Of a stretch of DNA of 32,000 bases, positions 25,731 to 32,000 are shown one piece after another. Positions within the stretch are counted from its first letter, which is position 1, and each line of letters starts with the position of its first letter. The notes under the pieces were generated by a model. It saw only the letters and a list, made by a program, of their open reading frames with translations. It did no database searches and was not told the origin of the DNA. The translations under genes were made by a program, and so were the position numbers. Origin of the DNA: an uncultured Chloroflexia bacterium (lineage in GTDB: Bacteria; Chloroflexota; Ktedonobacteria; Ktedonobacterales; JADMIN01); assembly GCA_963718915.1 (NCBI GenBank), contig CAVRAI010000015.1, positions 990,001 through 1,022,000 of the forward strand, in the 5' to 3' direction.

Positions 25731-27233
25731 TTAGTGGTGGAAGTGCAACTTGCGCGCTCCCGCCGGAGCCGGTTCTTTCGTCCCTGCTGCGTCGGCGGGC
25801 GCCGGTTTGGGCTGTCGGAGGATCGCCAGCGCCAGCACAGCGCCCAGGACCGCGAAGAGCGCAGCGCCAAGAAAGCCCGCCTGAAAGCCGGTTGCCAGCG
25901 TTGTGAGACTGGTCTGTGGGGGCATGGATCCGATACGCGCGACAGAAACAGCAGTGAGCGCCGCGATACCAATGCCGCTACCAACCCGTTGCATGGTGTT
26001 CATCAGCCCGGAAGCGAGGCCAGTCTCCTCTTTTTTGACAGCGGTGACGGCGGCGATGTTCGATCCGGCAAAGGCGCAGGGTAGCCCCATGGCGACGATG
26101 ATACTGGCTGGCAGAATGTCGAGGAGATAGTTGCCGGGAACGGGGACGCGCGCAAAGAGCAGCAGGCCAATCGCCAGCAGGAGCATCCCCGCGACCAGCA
26201 CTCCTCTTGAGCCAAGGTGATCCAGCGCCCTGGGCAAGACCAGCAATGAGAAGACCAGGCTTACGGCGCCAACTGGCAGGATCGCTAGCCCCGCAATCAG
26301 GGCGTTGTAGCCAAGCACTTGCTGGAGGTAGAGCGAGAGCAGGAAGAACATCGGCGCGTGGGCGGCTCCGACCAGAAAACTGACGATGTTTGCGCCATTG
26401 GCGTTGCGGATGCGGAAGATACGCAGTGGTACCAGCGGCGATGCTGAGCGCGCCTCGATGACCGGGAACGCGAGGAGGAGCAGCGCAGCCAGCGCGAGCG
26501 AGCCGAACGCCAGTGGCGAACTCCATCCGTATTCCTGGCCAGCGATTGGCGCGTATGCCAGCAGCCCAACAGCCATCGTAACCACCAGCGCGCCCAGAAC
26601 GTCGAGTCGCCGCCCCTGCCCAGTTGCGCGGCTTTCAGGAAGCAGTCGCGGGCTAAGCGATAGCGCGAGCGCGCCGATGGGGACGTTGATCAGGAATATC
26701 CACGGCCAACCCGCAAGTTGAGTCAACACCCCACCCAGCAGCAATCCGAAGATGCCTCCGGCGGCCCCCATCGCGCCCCAGATGCCGAATGCGCGGTTGA
26801 ATTCGTCGGTATCGGTAAAGATGGTCACCAGCAACGATTGTTCGGCGGGGATGACAATCGCCGCGCCGACCCCCTGCAACGCGCGCGCGAGCAGCAGGAC
26901 GCCGCCAGTCGGGGCGAAACCAGCCGCTAGGGAGCTGGCGGTAAACAGTCCCAGACCGATCAGAAAAAAGCGCCGTCGCCCAAAGAGGTCGGCGGCGCGT
27001 CCGCCGAGCAGCAGAAAGCCGCCAAAGACGAGAATGTAAGCGTTCTGCACCCATTGCAGATCCGCCTCGGAGAAGTGTAATCCTGTCTTGATGGCAGGCA
27101 GGGCGATATTGACAATCGAGGTATCGAGCAGGATCATGAACTCGATTGCCGAGAGCAGTACCAGCGCTATCCAGCGCTGGCGCGCAGTGGTGTGCGTGCT
27201 ATCCATCGCACCGTGTTCCTTTCGTGACGCCAC
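25731..27233 (-). CDS. MFS transporter, 14-TM DHA2/EmrB-QacA type
   Basis: Motif A-like GGRAADLFGRRR and 14 hydrophobic segments. The likely real start is ATG 27206 (MDSTHTT...) after AAAGGA. Confidence 0.85.
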   Translation of the reverse strand: MASRKEHGAMDSTHTTARQRWIALVLLSAIEFMILLDTSIVNIALPAIKTGLHFSEADLQWVQNAYILVFGGFLLLGGRAADLFGRRRFFLIGLGLFTASSLAAGFAPTGGVLLLARALQGVGAAIVIPAEQSLLVTIFTDTDEFNRAFGIWGAMGAAGGIFGLLLGGVLTQLAGWPWIFLINVPIGALALSLSPRLLPESRATGQGRRLDVLGALVVTMAVGLLAYAPIAGQEYGWSSPLAFGSLALAALLLLAFPVIEARSASPLVPLRIFRIRNANGANIVSFLVGAAHAPMFFLLSLYLQQVLGYNALIAGLAILPVGAVSLVFSLLVLPRALDHLGSRGVLVAGMLLLAIGLLLFARVPVPGNYLLDILPASIIVAMGLPCAFAGSNIAAVTAVKKEETGLASGLMNTMQRVGSGIGIAALTAVSVARIGSMPPQTSLTTLATGFQAGFLGAALFAVLGAVLALAILRQPKPAPADAAGTKEPAPAGARKLHFHH

Positions 27234-27271
27234 TCAGTGGTGTCAGTTGGCAGGCAGTTGCCCACGCTAAT

Positions 27272-27324
27272 ATAGTTGCAAGTTACAACCATATAATAGT
27301 TGTATAATACAACTATTTAGTTGT
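27272..27324. promoter_or_regulatory. Operator cluster (TAGTTG half-sites) in the MFS/MarR divergent promoter region
   Basis: Perfect palindrome ATAGTTGTA-TAA-TACAACTAT at 27296-27316, plus TAGTTGCA (27272) and TAGTTGTG (27318). The intergenic region is AT-rich. Confidence 0.5.
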
Positions 27325-27327
27325 GCG

Positions 27328-27810
27328 ATGCAACCCCTGTGTGCGAAGATAGTGAGTATGGAAGACGCATCGTTCGATCAGCTCTTGATGGATGTCATAC
27401 GCGAGATGGGCGTGCTACGGCCTGAGCAGGTCTTGCCCGGTTGGTCGCTCTCGCTCTCGGAGATCTATGCGCTCAACATCCTGGCGGAGCGCGCGCCAAT
27501 CTCACAGCAGGATCTGGGCGCCGCGCTCTTGCTCGAAAAGAGCAGTGTCACCCGGCTGGTTCAGCAGTTAGAGCAGCGCGGGTGGGTATTGCGCGAGCGC
27601 GATGCGCATGACAATCGTCTGCGCCTGTTGCGGCTTACTGAACTGGGCGCGCGAATGACCGAACAGATGCATCGGCACATGCACGAACGGCATGCCGAAC
27701 TCTTTGACCGATTATCACCCGAGGAACAGTCGGCGCTGATGATGGGTCTTACAGCGTTAAAGCGTGCGTTTCAGAACTCCACCTGGCGTCAACAACAAAC
27801 CGGTGAATAA
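27328..27810 (+). CDS. MarR-family transcriptional regulator
   Basis: Winged-HTH region (LSEIYALNILAERAPISQQDLGAALLLEKSSVTRLVQQLEQRGWVLRERDAHDNR). Divergent from the MFS gene. Confidence 0.85.
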   Translation: MQPLCAKIVSMEDASFDQLLMDVIREMGVLRPEQVLPGWSLSLSEIYALNILAERAPISQQDLGAALLLEKSSVTRLVQQLEQRGWVLRERDAHDNRLRLLRLTELGARMTEQMHRHMHERHAELFDRLSPEEQSALMMGLTALKRAFQNSTWRQQQTGE

Positions 27811-27909
27811 TCGTCTGGTCGTCGAATTCAGGCAGAACGACCTTTGGGGCGCATGGTAGTGTACACGTGAATGCCAGCAGGAATACAGTAGAGGGGGCTG
27901 AGCGCGCTC

Positions 27910-28743
27910 ATGGATACTCCGACAGCATTGTCCGTCCGCGATATAGAAGGCTATCTGGAGCGTATCCGCTTTACGCAGCGATCTGGCTCTCTTGAATCGT
28001 CACATCAGTTACTGAGCGATCTGCACGAGGCGCATATGCTGGCCGCGCCGTTCGAGAACCTCTCCATCCATTATGGCCAGCCCATCGTGCTGCGCAACGA
28101 GCTACTCTACGACAAGATTGTGCGGCGAAGGCGCGGCGGGTTCTGCTACGAACTGAACGGTATGTTCGCGTGGCTGCTGCGACAGCTAAGCTTCAAGGTG
28201 ACGTTGCTCTCGGCGGAGGTCGCCGAATCGGGTGGAATCTTCAGCGCTCCATATGACCACCTGACATTGCTGGCGCACCAGGTGGATGGCGCGGACTGGC
28301 TGGCCGACGTGGGCTTCGGCGACTCGTTCCGCCAACCACTGCGGTTTCAAGCCGATGTGGAGCAGGATGGCGCGGATGGGCGCATCTATCGCTTGCGGGA
28401 AGGCGAACATGCTGATAGTGCGCCTATGGGAGAGCAACAGTTCTCCTACTGGCTTGTCGAGCAGCGCGACGATCCAGAAACGCAGTGGGAGCCAGTCTAT
28501 CGCTTCACGCTTCAGCCACACGCGCTGGCCGATTTTACGGGGCGCTGCATATTTCAGCAGACCTCGCCCGAATCGCACTTCACCCAGAAGCGCATCTGCT
28601 CACTCGCCCTGCCGAATGGGCGTATCTCGCTCAGCGATCTTCGCCTGATTACGACGCTGGATGGCAATCGCGAGGAGCGGATACTGTCGTCCGAAGACGA
28701 GTATCGGACGGTTCTGGCCGAGCGCTTCGGCGTTGTGATATAG
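27910..28743 (+). CDS. Arylamine N-acetyltransferase (NAT)
   Basis: FENLSIH and RRGGFCYELNG (catalytic Cys), then a downstream His/Asp region (DHLTL...ADVGFGD). Confidence 0.9.
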   Translation: MDTPTALSVRDIEGYLERIRFTQRSGSLESSHQLLSDLHEAHMLAAPFENLSIHYGQPIVLRNELLYDKIVRRRRGGFCYELNGMFAWLLRQLSFKVTLLSAEVAESGGIFSAPYDHLTLLAHQVDGADWLADVGFGDSFRQPLRFQADVEQDGADGRIYRLREGEHADSAPMGEQQFSYWLVEQRDDPETQWEPVYRFTLQPHALADFTGRCIFQQTSPESHFTQKRICSLALPNGRISLSDLRLITTLDGNREERILSSEDEYRTVLAERFGVVI

Positions 28744-28937
28744 ACGCGCTATTCCATGCTCGCCATGATAGCCATGCTCGGCAAAGAGCAGAGTGTCAGC
28801 CTGCACGATCCGCTCGTGGTCTTTCGTTCGGTACCTTTGGTATCGCCATCGGCGCGTCTCACAGTCTCAAACACACGTTGATGGTGAAGACGGTGCGACG
28901 AGTGTATCAGTGGCTTACCTCGCATGAACATATGTGC

Positions 28938-29130
28938 GGTCACGGCCAGCCGATTTCTTGACACTCCGCATAGGCTAAAGCCTTAGCGGATGCTCGGTTC
29001 GTCCCCGCAGGCTACCCCGCGAGTCCCCGAAGGGCCTGCCCGGCCCATTGAATGTTTCTAGCCGCGTTCTCATCGCGGTCGAGGACGAGTCCACAGGACG
29101 TGCAGACGTGGGTGCGCACGCTCAAAGATT
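28938..29130 (-). ncRNA. Predicted omega RNA of the IS605 TnpB (scaffold ~29130-28958 plus flank-derived guide 28957-28938)
   Basis: By analogy with characterised TnpB systems, the scaffold overlaps the tnpB 3' end and the RE. Nested stems are visible: GCAGGC...GCCTGC enclosing CCC-TTCG-GGG, then the RE hairpin. The predicted guide starts GAAATCGGCTGGCCGTGACC. The 5' end is not determinable. Confidence 0.4.
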
Positions 29131-30151
29131 TGGGCACGCGTTCCCCACAGCCGCTACAGTCTTGCGAGGTGTAGGCAGGTGGCACGGCGACGACCCGACG
29201 CCCAGCATATGCTGCTTTGGCTTCGAGGATGGTACGGAACTGCGCCCAGCCCGCATCGCTGATGCTCTTCGCGAGGCGAGGATTCCGTACCATGTTGGCG
29301 ACCTGCAAGTCTTCGAGATAGATCGTGTCGTACTGGCGCAAGAGCTTCAACGCCGTCTTGTGGTGAAAGTCCGCCCGCTGGCGCTTGACCGTCTGATGCG
29401 CCCGTTGCAGGTTCCCGACGGCTTTTCTGCGGCGGTGGCTGCCCTTCTTGCGCCTGGAGACGCGCCGCTGCGCCTTGGCGAGGTGCTTCTCACCCCGGCG
29501 GTAGTGCCGTGGATTCTCCACGGCTTCACCCTCGGCAGTGATGAGGAACACCTTCAAGCCCACGTCAATGCCGGTCTCACGTCCGGTGGGTGGCAACGGC
29601 TGCGCTGGCGCCTCGGCGCACGAGATGATGGCATACCAGCCATCGGCTTCGTGCGAGAGGGTGACGGTCTTGGGCGATCCCTCCAATGGACGCGACCACC
29701 GCATGGCCACACGGCCTATCTTCGACAGGACGAGAAAGCCGTTATCCAGCCGCGCGCCGTTGCCGTACTGCTTGTAGGTGAAGGAGTGGTAGCGGTTGCG
29801 CCCCTGAAAGCGCGGGAAGCCGGGTGTCTGGCCCGCTTTCATCCGGCGAAAGAACGTCTTATAGGTCTTGTCGAGCCGCGTCAACACATCCTGCAAGACC
29901 TGGCTGTGGATGGCTGCGTACTCAGGGAACGCCGCTTTCAGATCGGGCAATTCGGCGTGCTGCTCATAGCTGGTGCGGGTGACCCCGCGTTGGCGGTAGA
30001 GGGTGATGCGCTGTTCCAGCGCGGTGTTGTAGAGCCTGCGACACTGCCAGAGCGTCTCGTCCAACCTCCGCTCCTGTGCAGGCGTTGGCTTGAGCTTATA
30101 CTTGTAGGCTTTGCGCAAGCTCTCGGTGCTCTCGGTGCTCACGCAACTCAC
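29012..30151 (-). CDS. tnpB: TnpB (RuvC-like RNA-guided endonuclease family), 379 aa, catalytic triad intact
   Basis: YKYKLKPTPAQ N-terminus, GIDVGLKVF (Asp), IYLEDLQV (Glu), CSGCG...CTSCG (zinc finger) and DRDENAARNI (Asp). Confidence 0.9.
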   Translation of the reverse strand: MSCVSTESTESLRKAYKYKLKPTPAQERRLDETLWQCRRLYNTALEQRITLYRQRGVTRTSYEQHAELPDLKAAFPEYAAIHSQVLQDVLTRLDKTYKTFFRRMKAGQTPGFPRFQGRNRYHSFTYKQYGNGARLDNGFLVLSKIGRVAMRWSRPLEGSPKTVTLSHEADGWYAIISCAEAPAQPLPPTGRETGIDVGLKVFLITAEGEAVENPRHYRRGEKHLAKAQRRVSRRKKGSHRRRKAVGNLQRAHQTVKRQRADFHHKTALKLLRQYDTIYLEDLQVANMVRNPRLAKSISDAGWAQFRTILEAKAAYAGRRVVAVPPAYTSQDCSGCGERVPKSLSVRTHVCTSCGLVLDRDENAARNIQWAGQALRGLAG

Positions 30152-30160
30152 GCAACTCTC

Positions 30161-30559
30161 CTATTGGCGACTTTGCGCCGCGATGTAGCGTTGGATGGTT
30201 TCGCTACTGACCTTGCCAGCGGTACTGGCAAAATACGAACGTGTCCACAACGAAGGCAGCCGGTGCAATTCCGGGAACTCCTTGCGGAGGGTGAAGGCGG
30301 AGAAGCCCTTGCACTCTTTCACGACATCCGCCGCGCTCACCGAGGGCCAGACCCGCACCAAGAGATGGACATGATCGGGCTGCATCGCCAGTGCCAAAAT
30401 GGTCCAGCCCTTCTCAGCACACTTCTGGCGAATCAACTCCTCGCAGCGTGTGCCAATCTGATTCACGAGCACCTTTCTTCGGCGCTTGGGACACCAGATG
30501 AGATGGTAGACAATCAGATGCACCTGATGTTCGTCGCGTTGGTAGTCCAGCGTGCTCAA
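30161..30559 (-). CDS. tnpA: IS200/IS605 Y1 (HUH) transposase TnpA
   Basis: LIVYHLIWCPKRRR, HUH motif (DHVHLLV) and catalytic Tyr region (TIQRYIAAQ). TTG 30559 lies 10 nt after AGGAGA and gives 133 aa. The ORF-track ATG 30631 adds an implausible Arg/Cys-rich extension. Confidence 0.85.
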   Translation of the reverse strand: MSTLDYQRDEHQVHLIVYHLIWCPKRRRKVLVNQIGTRCEELIRQKCAEKGWTILALAMQPDHVHLLVRVWPSVSAADVVKECKGFSAFTLRKEFPELHRLPSLWTRSYFASTAGKVSSETIQRYIAAQSRQ

Positions 30560-30777
30560 TAGCGTTGTTTCTCCTGTAGATATTCTACGATAACATCTAC
30601 AGTATGGCAAGCGGCGGGACTTCTGGCTCAAGCCGCAGAGGAAGCCCTTTCATCCGCATGGCCTGAAGGCATAGCGGCTTTACGGGCTATTCTGTAACAC
30701 TTTTGACACATGCCTGACGCATCGTGGCGCTATACTTCGGCGAGAAATAACCTGGAGCGCGCGATGGAGAGAAACAT

Positions 30778-32000
30778 ATGGACTTCCGCTATGATGAGAT
30801 ACAGGGCCACAGCGTGATGCGCCGCCAATCTATCTTCTCTTTACTCAAGGTCGCCACACGCCGCCAGACATATTTCAACCTGGCGTACCTCATCGCGGCG
30901 TTTCCGCTGGGTCTCTTCTACTTCGTCTTTCTCGTGAACTGCTTCTCCGTCGGCGTCGGCACCGCCATCATCGGCGTAGGACTTCGTGCTGCTGATCGCG
31001 ACGCTGCTCGTCGCGTGGGGATTCGCGACGTTCGAGCGCGAACTGGTGATGTGGTGGCTCAACGTACGCATCGCGCCGATGGCCCCGCCCGCGCAGCCTG
31101 ATACCTCGCTCTGGAATCGCTTCGTCCGCATGCTGCGCAACCCCGTCACCTGGAAGAGTCTCGCCTATCTGCTGGTCGAGTTTCCGTTCGGAGTCTTCAG
31201 CTTCGCCTGTGTCGTTTCGCTCTTGTCGCTGGCGATCAGCCTCATCGTGAGTCCACTGGCGTATCTGGCGCGGTTGGCGCTGGATAGTGGCATGGGTGAT
31301 CAGTTCGTGATTGGGTGGGGTTCGGGGTATGTCATCAGCGGCTTGCCCTTCCCAGTGGCGCTCCTGATGACCCTCGTGTTGAGTGTGATTGGCTTTGTCC
31401 TGCTGATTGGCGCGCTCTACGCCTTCAATGGCCTGGCGTTTGTCTGGGGCCAGTTTGCCCGCCTGATGCTTGGCATGAACGACAACGCGCAGCGGTTGGC
31501 CGAGGCTCAGGCGACGGCGGTCCGCGAACGGACGCGCGCTGAACGCGCCGACCAGAGCAGGCGCGCGCTGATCGTAAATGTCTCGCACGAACTGCGCACG
31601 CCCATTGCCAATATTTCCGGCCATGTCGAATCGTTGTTGATGTCCGAGAGCCAGAGCGCCAACGAGGAGAATACGCGACACTATCTGGAGATCGTGGCGC
31701 GGGAGGCGGAGCGGCTGAGTTCGCTGGTAGACGATTTGCTCGCGCTGGCCCGCGCCGATGCCGACGAGTTGAAGCTAGATGTGCGTCCCATCGCGGCTGG
31801 CGATGTTGTCGAAGAGGTGTACCAGTCGCTTGCGCCGCTCGCCATGCGCGACCGCCAGGTGAAGGTGGTGCGTAGCGTCGCGCCTGAGTTACCGCCAGCG
31901 CTGGCAGACCGCGACCGGTTGGCGCAGGTGCTGCTCAACCTTGTGCGCAACGCCATCACCTATACCCCTTCTGGTGGCATCGTCTCCATCAGCCTGAGCC
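30778..32000 (+). pseudogene. Sensor histidine kinase with an N-terminal membrane 'putative sensor' domain; apparent +1 frameshift near 30985; 3' end beyond the window
   Basis: Frame 1 (30778-30984) gives ...AYLIAAFPLGLFYFVFLVNCFSVGVGTAIIGVG. The sense continues only in the next frame from 30986: VLLIATLLVAWGFATFEREL...NVSHELRTPIANISGH (H box)...LLNLVRNAITYTP (N box). Deleting one nt (C 30985 or one T of 30983-30984) restores ...IIGVGLVLLIATLL.... It may be a true pseudogene or an assembly error. Confidence 0.6.

Larger units (their letters stand above)
28958..30693 (-). mobile_element. IS200/IS605-family insertion sequence (Y1 tnpA plus tnpB), IS608-like ends, apparently intact
   Basis: Read on the minus strand: TTAC (30697-30694), then the element start, 12 nt, AAAG, and the LE hairpin CCGCTATGCC-TTCA-GGCCATGCGG (30677-30654). 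These are followed by tnpA, tnpB, the RE hairpin CCGCTAAGGC-TTTA-GCCTATGCGG (28989-28966), AGTG and TCAA (28961-28958). Confidence 0.8.

Noticed and set aside
28749-28964. 71-aa minus-strand ORF between the NAT gene and the IS right end
   Set aside because: It starts with a GTG inside the RE terminus, has no RBS and has an atypical composition. The region is better explained as the flank that would supply the omega RNA guide and readthrough.
28990-29011. GGTTCGTCCCC resembling a tRNA T-arm
   Set aside because: No acceptor, D or anticodon arms can be built around it. It lies in the tnpB-RE interval, where it fits better as part of the minus-strand omega RNA scaffold (GGGGACGAACC).
29048-30562. 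504-aa plus-strand ORF spanning the whole IS605 element
   Set aside because: It is antisense to two genes with unmistakable TnpB and Y1 TnpA motifs. Its translation is Arg/Ala/Leu/Gly-rich with no motif, as expected for a shadow ORF in high-GC DNA.
14320-30693. The two IS elements forming a composite transposon around the 12.6-kb segment between them
   Set aside because: They belong to mechanistically unrelated families (serine recombinase IS607 versus HUH IS200/IS605) and lie in opposite orientations. The intervening genes include core metabolism (rpiA).
1-32000. CRISPR arrays, tRNA/rRNA genes, integron or prophage structural modules
   Set aside because: No regularly spaced direct repeats of 25-40 bp were seen, and no cloverleaf or rRNA-like segments. 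The tandem repeats present are 9-18 bp coding minisatellites or short promoter-region iterations.

Overview
High-GC (~60%) chromosomal segment, probably from a Chloroflexota/Ktedonobacteria- or actinobacteria-like organism (weak inference). Most of it is housekeeping: hflX, korAB-type 2-oxoacid:ferredoxin oxidoreductase, grpE-dnaJ, rsmG, rpiA, an aquaporin and a DAG-kinase-family lipid kinase. There is also a conserved but uncharacterised ChlI/MoxR-like AAA+ ATPase plus vWA gene pair, a LuxR-type two-component pair, and a small xenobiotic-type cluster (P450, methyltransferase, membrane protein, MFS, MarR, arylamine N-acetyltransferase). The notable content is three TnpB/OMEGA-related mobile elements. 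(1) An IS607-family element (14.3-16.3 kb) has a serine-recombinase TnpA whose nucleophile motif reads YARVAS instead of YARVS. Its tnpB is split by a -1 frameshift at a G GGG TAG site. (2) An apparently intact IS200/IS605 element (28958-30693, minus strand) carries Y1 TnpA and TnpB, with IS608-like ends (TTAC target, AAAG guide, hairpins, TCAA right terminus) that allow an omega RNA and guide prediction. (3) A ~226-bp protein-less miniature element (5831-6056) has LE/RE-type hairpins that covary with those of the full element and ends in TCAA. A sensor histidine kinase next to the IS605 left end carries an apparent +1 frameshift. No CRISPR array, tRNA or rRNA was seen. All family assignments come from reading motifs in the translations; no database search was possible.
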